Source of the DNA: Parcubacteria group bacterium
GTDB taxonomy: Bacteria > Patescibacteriota > Minisyncoccia > Phycocordibacterales > CALRBT01
Direction of reading: 5' to 3'
DNA: 64,000 nt
NCBI GenBank assembly: GCA_943354475.1
Contig: CALRBT010000003.1
Coordinates: 1,208-65,207, forward strand
The notes under the pieces are model-generated. The model was not told the DNA's origin. It ran no database searches and worked only from the letters and a program-made list of their open reading frames with translations. The translations under genes were made by a program, and so were the position numbers. Below are positions 46,903 to 55,334 of this stretch, one piece after another (the stretch's first letter is position 1; each line of letters starts with the position of its first letter).

Positions 46903-48192
46903 TCATATAGGCAGATTCGCGGGAGCGGAGGCTTTAGTTGAATTAACTCGCTCGAAGGTAGGTGTCTGTGATACTTCACCTGGGAAGTGGAAGATGGTCG
47001 CAAGTTCTTCGGTGGTTAATACATAAGGAGTAATGTGTTTGTGTTTATAAGGATATTGAAAGACTGATCGTTGTTTGTACGCCGAGAGCATACTTGTTTT
47101 GTATTTGGCAACAATATTCTCAGCAATTCTGGTTGGAAATCCGAGCCATGAGGTTAACCACACAATATCCTTTGATCTATCTGCAATGTCGGTGTTCCAC
47201 GCAAGCCTGATACCATTAAGTGACGGGGAGCCGTACTGCTGAAAAGCGCCTATCATTCCAGGAATGTTGATTGCGTTAAAGTGCCCCTCTTCGCCAACAT
47301 ACATGGCCCGTATCACCACGTCATAGGGGACCTTACCGAGGTGTCGCTCCATCGCTTTGATCTTGTCACGCTCCGCAGGAGAGAGTCTCGCATCGTTGAA
47401 CTTTGCTTTTTTCTCAATATCCTCTGTTGAGAGGGTTGAGGCTCTGATTTCATTTATTGCCTTCTCAACCCGTTTCTTCCACGGATCCTTGTGCTTAAGA
47501 TGTCCATTTTTTAATGTCTCCTCTCCGTGCGGTTGGACTAAAATCTGAAACCACGACTGCTCACCTTCTTTGAGCCCCCCGAGGTATTCAATCATGGATG
47601 TCATCGGATCAATCTTAAATTCTTCTTTTGGGTCTTTATCAAGCTCGTAATCAATATATGTTTTGATGGGGATTGTATCATCGGCGGCTAATTTAAAATA
47701 TGTCCCCCACATGCCACGCTTAGCGGGATCCCAAAAGACTTTCTTTGCATAATCATCATTCGTCACATCGTAAATCTCAAGCTGTGGATATTGACCATAG
47801 AGTTGGGTTTCAATAAGATGTTTCCATTTCTTATGTGACCAGATAAAAAACTTTACCTGACCGCCGATAGATACGAGCTCAAATGACCACCATGGCCTGA
47901 CACGACCATCAACATATACTTCTTTGAGCGTTCCGACACTTCCCTGCTGGAAGGTGGTTGTAAAAAATAGCTCCATGGCTCTCGGAGATTTTAGAATCTC
48001 TTTTGGCAGTTTCAACTCGAGTAACACTGAGCCTTGCTTAAATATCCAGTCGGCGCGAATATATCGCAGGTACATTTCTATTGCCAAAAATCCAAATAGA
48101 AAAAATCCCCAGAAAGGAATGGAGATAAATATCACATACAGAGCCTCTCCAAATATTGCATTCATCTGTTCAAATAAAACTGAAAATGACAT
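46903..48192 (-). CDS. Hypothetical membrane protein (429 aa)
   Basis: N-terminal TM hairpin then large soluble domain; no motif recognised. Confidence 0.45.
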   Translation of the reverse strand: MSFSVLFEQMNAIFGEALYVIFISIPFWGFFLFGFLAIEMYLRYIRADWIFKQGSVLLELKLPKEILKSPRAMELFFTTTFQQGSVGTLKEVYVDGRVRPWWSFELVSIGGQVKFFIWSHKKWKHLIETQLYGQYPQLEIYDVTNDDYAKKVFWDPAKRGMWGTYFKLAADDTIPIKTYIDYELDKDPKEEFKIDPMTSMIEYLGGLKEGEQSWFQILVQPHGEETLKNGHLKHKDPWKKRVEKAINEIRASTLSTEDIEKKAKFNDARLSPAERDKIKAMERHLGKVPYDVVIRAMYVGEEGHFNAINIPGMIGAFQQYGSPSLNGIRLAWNTDIADRSKDIVWLTSWLGFPTRIAENIVAKYKTSMLSAYKQRSVFQYPYKHKHITPYVLTTEELATIFHFPGEVSQTPTFERVNSTKASAPANLPI

Positions 48193-48221
48193 GAGAAAAG
48201 TATAACATAACTAGGGGTTAG

Positions 48222-48322
48222 GTTTTAGGGGGTAGGTTATGAGAGAAACCTCTGTCGCCTATGGCGACAGAGGTTTCTCTTATGACTAAAAGCTAACACC
48301 TAAAAGCTATAACCTTGCTCTC
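48222..48322. repeat. Intergenic hairpin element, copy 2 (18-19-bp stem, 3-nt loop, same ctaggggttagg flank as copy 1)
   Basis: ctaggggttaggttttagggggtaggttat + (g)agagaaacctctgtcgcc-tat-ggcgacagaggtttctct (~48242-48282); stem sequence differs from copy 1 by paired compensatory changes. Confidence 0.6.
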
Positions 48323-49405
48323 TTAGATGATTGAATACTTCCCTACCTTGTCTTTCTTGAAATACTTTGGGTTTTGAATGTTTACCAGAATGGTATTTGG
48401 TTTAACATATCGTTCCTTAAGCACCTTTTCGATAATCTCCTCTTTGGTCAGCGGGCCATTTTTTTTAATTACTTCTTCAACCACCTCTCGTACGATACCA
48501 CTCATATATCCCCACTCTTTGAGCGCATAGAGTCCTCGTCCAACAAGAACAAAACGTTCGTCCTTAATAAGTTCATTATGACAAGTCGCAATATGGGCCT
48601 TCTTTCCAAATGTCTCACCAATAATACGAGCAACCTCAGTAAAGTGCATCGGAGAGCCGTGTCTACGAATAGCAAGGTAGGCGAGATCACGAATTCCTTT
48701 AGCCTTTACAGAGTTTGAAGTTGCAATACCCCACTCACCGAGTGGATTACGGTCAAGTTTCTTTGAAATACGGAGCCAGCGTCTCAAAACCTCCTCATCC
48801 TTATACTTCTCTGAAACATCCTTGAGGTGATCTAGAAATAGTGCAATCATCTCCGATTCAGGAATAAGATCTTCGTCAGAAAGACTCTTATAAAGGTTAT
48901 GTAGTGCAGTATGTACTTGCACGCTTAGCTCTTCGTTGACATGCCACCTATCTTTAAAGTGCTCATCCTCTTTAGCTCGCTTAAACGCATTACCTAAAAC
49001 GAGGAAAAGATTAAGGTGATTTTCAAGTTCAGGCTTTTCCCCCAAATCCTTGAGCAAATCTTCTTCAGAAACAATGGCACCGAGCTCGTGCATTGATTTC
49101 TCAAGTGCCGCAAACATCTCTTGTTCCTTGCGAAATACTTCAGATTTTCGAATACTATCGAGCGCGTAATTTTCAATTTGTCTGACACGTTCACGAGTAA
49201 TACCATAAATCTTTCCGATACTCTCTAGTGTCATTCGTTCATGATTTTCACCCAATCCATAACGACTTGAGATAACATTTCTGGCACGATCAGCAAGCAC
49301 CCCAAGGAGGCGTTTAGTGACTAATTTTGGTCGATATTGGGTTAATGTCATAATATTGTAAATTTCTAAGTACTTATTTGTATCATTTTTATTAGCTAAC
49401 GTCAA
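48323..49405 (-). CDS. Transcription-factor-like protein: N-terminal sigma-70 region 4 (HTH) domain + C-terminal HARE-HTH-like domain; no sigma region 2
   Basis: RARNVISSRYGLGENHERMTLESIGKIYGITRERVRQIENYALDSIRK (sigma70 r4 consensus) at aa 40-90; C-terminal HFTEVARIIGETFGKK...ERFVLVGRGLYALKEWGY resembles HARE-HTH (RpoE delta N-terminal domain type). Confidence 0.6.
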   Translation of the reverse strand: MTLANKNDTNKYLEIYNIMTLTQYRPKLVTKRLLGVLADRARNVISSRYGLGENHERMTLESIGKIYGITRERVRQIENYALDSIRKSEVFRKEQEMFAALEKSMHELGAIVSEEDLLKDLGEKPELENHLNLFLVLGNAFKRAKEDEHFKDRWHVNEELSVQVHTALHNLYKSLSDEDLIPESEMIALFLDHLKDVSEKYKDEEVLRRWLRISKKLDRNPLGEWGIATSNSVKAKGIRDLAYLAIRRHGSPMHFTEVARIIGETFGKKAHIATCHNELIKDERFVLVGRGLYALKEWGYMSGIVREVVEEVIKKNGPLTKEEIIEKVLKERYVKPNTILVNIQNPKYFKKDKVGKYSII

Positions 49406-49469
49406 GTTTTTGGATAAAGCACTAATACACCCTTATTCTTAGCCAGATTTCATAAAACTCTTAAGTACC

Positions 49470-52352
49470 TTATTTACTTAAAAAGTTAATAAGTCTATCT
49501 TTTACATAAAAAACCTTGGTAAATCCTCCCTCCGGGAGCCACTTTTTTACCACCTCAAGCCCTAAAGCTGTTTCTTGAATTTCTGCCTGTGGTAGTCCTG
49601 CCTGCGCAGTAAAGGTCGCTCGAACTTTGCCATCAATCTGCACCGCGATAGTTACCTCATCTTCAGTGATGAGTTTTGGATCATATGCTGGCCAGGACTC
49701 AAGGTGTATTGATTTTTCGCTACCTAAATTTTGCCAAATCTCTTCGGTGACATGTGGAGTGAATGGGGCTAACATCATCAGAAGTGTTTTGTAAATTCCC
49801 TCCTCAATTGTTTCTTGTCGATCCAACTCATTAACCAGAATCATCATCGAACTAATAGCAGTATTGAACTTCATCTCTTCAATATCCTCCGATACTTTCT
49901 TTAATGTCTTATGAAGAAGGTTTTTTATCTTTTTATTCTCTTCCTTCCCACTAGTTCCAGCCTTTTCTTGCAACCTCCATACCTTTTCAACAAAACGTCT
50001 GACGCCCACGATACCATTACTATCCCATGCGACTGCTTGATCAAAGGGACCCATAAACATCTCATAGAGACGAACGCTATCTGCGCCAAATGGTTCGATG
50101 ACATCTGCTGGAGTGACCCCATTTCCCTTTGATTTAGAGAATTTTGATCCGTCATCGGCTAAAATAAGGCCGTGGGATGTTCGTTTAGCGTACGGCTCTG
50201 CAGTCGGCACAAGTCCTAAATCGTAAAGAAATTTATGCCAAAAACGGGAGTAGAGTAAGTGAAGTGTGGTGTGTTCCATTCCACCGTTATACCAATCAAC
50301 CGGAGTAAAGTATCCGAGCGCCTCCTTACTTGCAAATTCATTACTGTTATCAGGGTCGGCGTAACGCAAATAGTACCAACTAGAGCCCGCCCAGTTGGGC
50401 ATCGTATCTGTCTCACGTTTAGCAGGACCCTTACAAGCCGGACACGCTACATTGACCCACTCGGTGATAGCCGAGAGTGGTGACTCACCATCATCCGTTG
50501 GTGTGTAATTCTCTACATTAGGTAGCTCAACGGGCAACTCTATTTCTGGTACGGGTACGTAACCACATTTTGGACAATGAATGACAGGAATTGGCTCCCC
50601 CCAATATCGTTGACGAGAAAAAACCCAATCACGAAGTTTAAAGGTTGTCTTAATAGTACCTCCAACAAACTCGGTTATTTTATTTTTTGCTTCTTCACTT
50701 GATAATCCATCAAATTCTCCAGAATTTCCAAGATACCCGAGATCAAGATAACAATAATCTGGGTTGTCGAGGATATTGAGTAAAAAACGACCTTCAAAGA
50801 CTGAGAAAAAGTCTTTGAGCTCCTCTTTCTTTTTCCATACGAATTCGTGTTTTTCGGCCTCTACTTGATCAACTGCATCACGCTCTTCGTTTTCGAGTTC
50901 AAAGTATAAGTAACGAAACCTGGCCCAACGATTTTGTTTTTTTTGTTGATGATAGAAAAAAGTATTGACAGTCCATTTTGGGTCGTTAATAAATCGTACA
51001 TTTCTATAACCAGATTCTTCTTTAATCTCACGAGTCGCCGCTTCAACAACATCTTCTCCGTCTTCAATTCCCCCCGTAAGAAGACCTTGCATGTGGCTCG
51101 TTTTCCAAACATTACAGAGATAGGTGTCGTCTTTTGGGTTCTTTAGTACAACACAGACCGCGTCCCTTTTTACAAACTTCTCTCCTACTTTAGGAGCACC
51201 CTCTTCTTTACCTATATACACTGGTTCAATAACTCGTTTAATAGACAATCCGAACTTCTTTGCAAACTCAAAGTCACGCTCATCATGAGCGGGTACCGCC
51301 ATGATTGCACCTGTTCCGTAGTGTGCCAAAACATAATCTGCAATAAATACAGGAATTTCCTCACCATTTGCTGGGTTGATAGCCTTAAGTCCTTGAAGCT
51401 CAACACCCGTTTTTTCTTTTCCTGCGTCGGTGCGCTCAATTTCTGTTTTCTTTTTTACAGCTTGGATATATTTATTCACTTCATCGGCGTTTGTGACCCG
51501 AGACGCCAAATTTTTCACAAGCTCATGTTCAGGAGCAATCACTAAATACGTTACACCAAAGAGTGTATCTGCTCTTGTCGTAAAGACTTTAATCTTTGTT
51601 TCTTCCCCCTGCGAGGATAAGTGTTCGCTATGCTCCCTTAGATTCTCAATCTTAAATTCTATTTCCGAACCCTCTGATTTACCAATCCAATTTCTCTGTT
51701 GAATTTTGATTTTCTCCAAATAGTTTACATCGTCAAGATCTTTATCGAGTCGCTCTGCATACTTGGTAATGGCAAGCATCCACTGCTCTTTCTCTCGTTT
51801 CTCGGTAGGTCCTCCACAACGTTCACAGTGTCCATCAATCACCTCTTCATCTGCCAAACCAACCTTACAACTCAAACACCAATTAATTGGACGTTTTGCT
51901 TTATACGCTAAACCTTTTTTAAAGAATTGCAGGAATATCCATTGTGTCCATTTGTAGTATTTAGGGTCGGTTGTATTGATCTCTCGTGACCAGTCAAAAG
52001 AAAAGCCGAGGGATTTGAGTTGTTTACGAAAATTATCTGTATTTTGCTTCGTTACAATCTCTGGATGAACCCCCGTCTTTATTGCGTAATTTTCTGTCGG
52101 CAAACCAAATGCGTCCCAACCAATTGGGTAGAGTACATTGAAGCCCTCCATGCGTCGCTTACGAGCAATGATATCCATCGCCGTATTACTACGAATGTGC
52201 CCAACATGAAGTCCTGTTCCTGATGGATATGGGAATTCAATCAAGGGGTAGAATTTTTTCTTTGGTGATGAAGTTAGAGCTTTATTGGGCTCTGTCTTCT
52301 CCCAAACATCCTGCCACTTCTTTTCTATTTTCTTGTGGTCATAAGCCTTCAT
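49470..52352 (-). CDS. leuS: Leucyl-tRNA synthetase carrying an inserted NUDIX hydrolase domain (~aa 385-535)
   Basis: HVGH (HIGH), editing-domain TTRADT / AVPAHD, KFSKSKGN (KMSKS), anticodon-binding domain; between KRVIEP and NSGEFDGL...KLRDWVFSRQRYWG lies GGIEDGEDVVEAATREIKEESGY (Nudix box). Confidence 0.9.
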   Translation of the reverse strand: MKAYDHKKIEKKWQDVWEKTEPNKALTSSPKKKFYPLIEFPYPSGTGLHVGHIRSNTAMDIIARKRRMEGFNVLYPIGWDAFGLPTENYAIKTGVHPEIVTKQNTDNFRKQLKSLGFSFDWSREINTTDPKYYKWTQWIFLQFFKKGLAYKAKRPINWCLSCKVGLADEEVIDGHCERCGGPTEKREKEQWMLAITKYAERLDKDLDDVNYLEKIKIQQRNWIGKSEGSEIEFKIENLREHSEHLSSQGEETKIKVFTTRADTLFGVTYLVIAPEHELVKNLASRVTNADEVNKYIQAVKKKTEIERTDAGKEKTGVELQGLKAINPANGEEIPVFIADYVLAHYGTGAIMAVPAHDERDFEFAKKFGLSIKRVIEPVYIGKEEGAPKVGEKFVKRDAVCVVLKNPKDDTYLCNVWKTSHMQGLLTGGIEDGEDVVEAATREIKEESGYRNVRFINDPKWTVNTFFYHQQKKQNRWARFRYLYFELENEERDAVDQVEAEKHEFVWKKKEELKDFFSVFEGRFLLNILDNPDYCYLDLGYLGNSGEFDGLSSEEAKNKITEFVGGTIKTTFKLRDWVFSRQRYWGEPIPVIHCPKCGYVPVPEIELPVELPNVENYTPTDDGESPLSAITEWVNVACPACKGPAKRETDTMPNWAGSSWYYLRYADPDNSNEFASKEALGYFTPVDWYNGGMEHTTLHLLYSRFWHKFLYDLGLVPTAEPYAKRTSHGLILADDGSKFSKSKGNGVTPADVIEPFGADSVRLYEMFMGPFDQAVAWDSNGIVGVRRFVEKVWRLQEKAGTSGKEENKKIKNLLHKTLKKVSEDIEEMKFNTAISSMMILVNELDRQETIEEGIYKTLLMMLAPFTPHVTEEIWQNLGSEKSIHLESWPAYDPKLITEDEVTIAVQIDGKVRATFTAQAGLPQAEIQETALGLEVVKKWLPEGGFTKVFYVKDRLINFLSK

Positions 52353-52378
52353 ATATCCTCTTTTTTAGTTAATTGAAT

Positions 52379-52924
52379 TTATTTGAACTTCTTAATGGCT
52401 AAGAATACGAGCGCACCAAGTGCAATTGCGAGGATTCCAACCTGTAAATAATTATCGGCATAGGTCCAATAACGAATCGAAGCGATAATAAAGGAGAGTG
52501 CGCCACCAAATGAGAATGCGGTCGATACCACAACATTGGCTGAGATGAGGAATCCGACACCGAGTGAAAGTACGCCAAGGATAACGAGAACGATAAATAC
52601 ATTTCTACTATAGAGTTTAGATGCATCTTCATAATCCTTTTGGCAAGTAAACTGTGTGTTACAGTATCCAGCCTGAACTTGAGCTCCATCCATTATTGGC
52701 TTACTTGGATAAAAGTTTGCATCCCACTGTCCACCTTTAGCAAGACATGCCTCCTTTGTGGTGATTGGTTCAAGTATCTGTTCTTGTTTACAATAATTAT
52801 TATATTCAGGAGATTTATAAACGAGAGAGATTGAAAAATTAAAAAACAAATTGAGAACGATAACAATGCTGATAATGAGCGCCCACTTGAGTAACCCTGA
52901 AGGTAGGTTGTTTGTATTTTCCAT
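52379..52924 (-). CDS. Hypothetical membrane protein with Cys-containing extracytoplasmic loop (181 aa)
   Basis: N-terminal TM, ~100-aa loop with 5 Cys, C-terminal TM pair. Confidence 0.45.
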   Translation of the reverse strand: MENTNNLPSGLLKWALIISIVIVLNLFFNFSISLVYKSPEYNNYCKQEQILEPITTKEACLAKGGQWDANFYPSKPIMDGAQVQAGYCNTQFTCQKDYEDASKLYSRNVFIVLVILGVLSLGVGFLISANVVVSTAFSFGGALSFIIASIRYWTYADNYLQVGILAIALGALVFLAIKKFK

Positions 52925-53050
52925 ATAATTTTAAAATAGTTTAAGGGGCTAATAATTAAAGATTTACCAATTATACAACAAAAACCATTAACAGCAAGGC
53001 TTGAAACGAGAAGTTGTGTTGTCCTGAACTTCAAACAAGACTACTCCTCG

Positions 53051-53494
53051 TTATCTTATAATTTGATACTTAAACCATCGCTCCTGAAAATTAATTGCTT
53101 GTTTAATTTGATCGTCAGTCATAAGAACGTTCTCGGGTGTAACAACAAGCTTATCATCATCGTCATCTAATCTATGAATAATTGCTCGTACAACACCCCT
53201 GGCTTTTTGAAGCACTTGGTGAGTTCCAAGATAATACGCATCCAAATCTTCTCCATCAGGTGCCCTTACTCCTTCAAGATAACCGTAGTTTACTTCATAA
53301 ACGAAGCCAAATTTAGGATGTTTACTTCCTAACGGTCTATCAAACACTATTTCAACTTCTTTTCCAAGAAATTTTTTCGCAGTCAGGAATGATTTCGAAT
53401 TATTGTCACTTGGCATATTTTGTTTAAATCTTGAACTCCACAACACCTCCGCTTTCTGTAACTTGACAAATGTTGTAAGTCGTAACAAGAGCAC
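53051..53494 (-). CDS. ppa: Inorganic pyrophosphatase-like protein (short family-I-like form; likely start at internal ATG 53414-53416)
   Basis: NYGYL, DGEDLDAYYLG and RLDDDDDKLVVTP align to family I PPase Y55, D65/D67/D70 and D97/D102/K104 blocks, but protein only ~121 aa from MPSDNN. Confidence 0.5.
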   Translation of the reverse strand: MLLLRLTTFVKLQKAEVLWSSRFKQNMPSDNNSKSFLTAKKFLGKEVEIVFDRPLGSKHPKFGFVYEVNYGYLEGVRAPDGEDLDAYYLGTHQVLQKARGVVRAIIHRLDDDDDKLVVTPENVLMTDDQIKQAINFQERWFKYQIIR

Positions 53495-53530
53495 GGTGGC
53501 CCTAGCGGAAGCTGGGGCCTATTTTCTTGC

Positions 53531-54628
53531 CTAGATCTTGAACTCAATCACATCCCCATCCTTCACAACATATTCTTTTCCTTCAGTACGGAGCAATCCT
53601 TTCTCCCGCGCTACCGCAAACGAACCTGCAGTAAGCAATTCGTCCCAGTGGATAATCTCAGCACGGATAAACTTATCTTTAAAGTCCGTGTGTATCGCCT
53701 GCCCTGCTTCCGGAGCTGTAGCTCCACGCTTCACGGTCCACGCACGAGTCTCCTCTATGCCTGTAGTAAAGTAGGTCATTAGACCAAGCAGATTATAACT
53801 CTCCTTTATAAGATCATTGATCCCATCATCTTTACCACCAAGTTCAACTCTGAAAGCCTCCTTCTCTTCTCCTTCAAAATCCTTAAGTTCCTCTTCTATT
53901 CTTGCATCAACCACTACCCACGTTGCTTTCACTTCTTTTAAGTAATCAACCAAGCGATCAAACCGCTCATCTTTGATCTCATCGAGATTAACCCCACCCC
54001 CTTTCTTATTGAGTACGTAGAGCATCGGCTTCATCGTCAGTAAGTTGAGCGACTTCACTAGTAACCTTTCATCATCAGTTAAATTTTCTCGGAGTGCCAA
54101 CATCCCTTTCTCCAACCCAGCAGAAATTCTCTCAAGAATATTTGCCTCAATGACTGCATCCTTGTCCCCCTTTTTAATATCACGTCCAAGATTAGCAATA
54201 CGTTTTGTTACTGTCTGTAAGTCAGAGAGACAGAGCTCAAGATTGATAATCTCGATATCAGAAAGTGGATCGATTTTACCGCCAACATGGATAATATTTG
54301 AGTCATCAAAAATTCGCACCACCTGGGCAATAGCGTCTACCTCTCTAATGTGTGCTAGAAACTTATTGCCCAATCCTTCGCCCGTTGAAGCACCAGCAAC
54401 AAGACCTGCAATATCAACGAACTCAACGACCGCGGGAATGGTTCGTTTTGTTTTTGAAAATTCTGCTAACCGATAAAGTCTCTCATCGGGTACGGGCACC
54501 ACCCCGACAGATGGGTCAATGGTACAAAACGGGTAATTAGCCGCCTCAACAGACTTCTTCGTCAAAGCGTTAAACAGCGTTGATTTACCTACATTTGGTA
54601 GGCCCACGATTCCGATAGATAATGACAT
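53531..54628 (-). CDS. ychF: Ribosome-binding ATPase YchF (Obg-family GTPase)
   Basis: G1 [19 protein letters not shown]-domain motifs, C-terminal TGS domain. Confidence 0.9.
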   Translation of the reverse strand: MSLSIGIVGLPNVGKSTLFNALTKKSVEAANYPFCTIDPSVGVVPVPDERLYRLAEFSKTKRTIPAVVEFVDIAGLVAGASTGEGLGNKFLAHIREVDAIAQVVRIFDDSNIIHVGGKIDPLSDIEIINLELCLSDLQTVTKRIANLGRDIKKGDKDAVIEANILERISAGLEKGMLALRENLTDDERLLVKSLNLLTMKPMLYVLNKKGGGVNLDEIKDERFDRLVDYLKEVKATWVVVDARIEEELKDFEGEEKEAFRVELGGKDDGINDLIKESYNLLGLMTYFTTGIEETRAWTVKRGATAPEAGQAIHTDFKDKFIRAEIIHWDELLTAGSFAVAREKGLLRTEGKEYVVKDGDVIEFKI

Positions 54629-54659
54629 CTAGACACTTTAGCAATCTTTGGACAAATTT

Positions 54660-54692
54660 AAAAGCCGGAAGCCCTTGGGGCTTCCGGCTTTT
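54660..54692. terminator. Bidirectional rho-independent terminator (11-bp GC stem with A-tract and T-tract flanks)
   Basis: tttaaaagccggaagccc-ttg-gggcttccggcttttaaatttt between the small 54723-54947 gene and ychF. Confidence 0.7.
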
Positions 54693-54722
54693 AAATTTTC
54701 AAATGCAGAGCTTCCAAAAATT

Positions 54723-54947
54723 CTACTTCATCACTGAGGTAAGCTCGTCTTTGTACTTCTGCATAACCTCCATCGCCGCAGCCATTTGATCCTTGCCTCC
54801 CTTCATTTTTTCTTGAATCTCTTGGCCAATTTTTAGGAACAAGTCTGGGTTCTTCTCAACCACATTCAAGATACGCTCCTGTTCAGCCTCAGGGACATTA
54901 GCTAGCTGCTTCTTCATCATTTGCTTCATTAAAAATTTCTTTAGCAT
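54723..54947 (-). CDS. Hypothetical small helical protein (74 aa)
   Basis: Intact ORF with Lys/Glu/Met-rich helical composition, terminator directly downstream. Confidence 0.45.
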   Translation of the reverse strand: MLKKFLMKQMMKKQLANVPEAEQERILNVVEKNPDLFLKIGQEIQEKMKGGKDQMAAAMEVMQKYKDELTSVMK

Positions 54948-55005
54948 ATACTGCTATAGTAAAAAATAATTAAGGAGATTGCAAATAGAATAATCTTGAG
55001 GCAAA

Positions 55006-55257
55006 ATGGATGTGGCCGAACAACCAGGAAAGACCCCCACAATGGACGAAACGTTTGATAGGTGTGTTGCCACTTACAAAGAAGGTGAACTTCCTGCTCA
55101 TCTCACTCTGGGAACAGAGGAGTACCTTGCCTTCAGAGCATTGGTGGAAACAAGACCTGACATACCAGCATTTCCTCAATACCTTAACCCCCCCAAACCA
55201 CTACTTCTAGTCATTGAATGGAATGACCATCCCGAAGTGGATGACTTTTGGGATTAG
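55006..55257 (+). CDS. Hypothetical small protein (83 aa), GC-enriched plus-strand singleton
   Basis: GAGG 7 nt upstream of ATG; ~47% GC; hairpin acggtcctc-cct-gagggccgt + TTACTTTTTTG at ~55297-55330. Confidence 0.4.
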   Translation: MDVAEQPGKTPTMDETFDRCVATYKEGELPAHLTLGTEEYLAFRALVETRPDIPAFPQYLNPPKPLLLVIEWNDHPEVDDFWD

Positions 55258-55296
55258 AGGTATCGAAACTTCCCATGAAAACATGGGATCCCATAG

Positions 55297-55330
55297 ACGG
55301 TCCTCCCTGAGGGCCGTTTACTTTTTTGTA
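55297..55330 (+). terminator. Rho-independent terminator for the 55006-55257 cassette
   Basis: 9-bp stem (one G-U) with 3-nt loop followed by T-rich tract. Confidence 0.5.
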
Positions 55331-55334
55331 GACC

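Noticed and set aside
53465-53480. 13-nt exact match to the universally conserved 16S rRNA 3'-terminal segment (AAGTCGTAACAAG)
   Set aside because: No further similarity to 16S on either side (anti-SD tail, helix 45 etc. absent); lies in the leader or N-terminal extension of the PPase-like gene; treated as a chance or incidental match, not an rRNA fragment.
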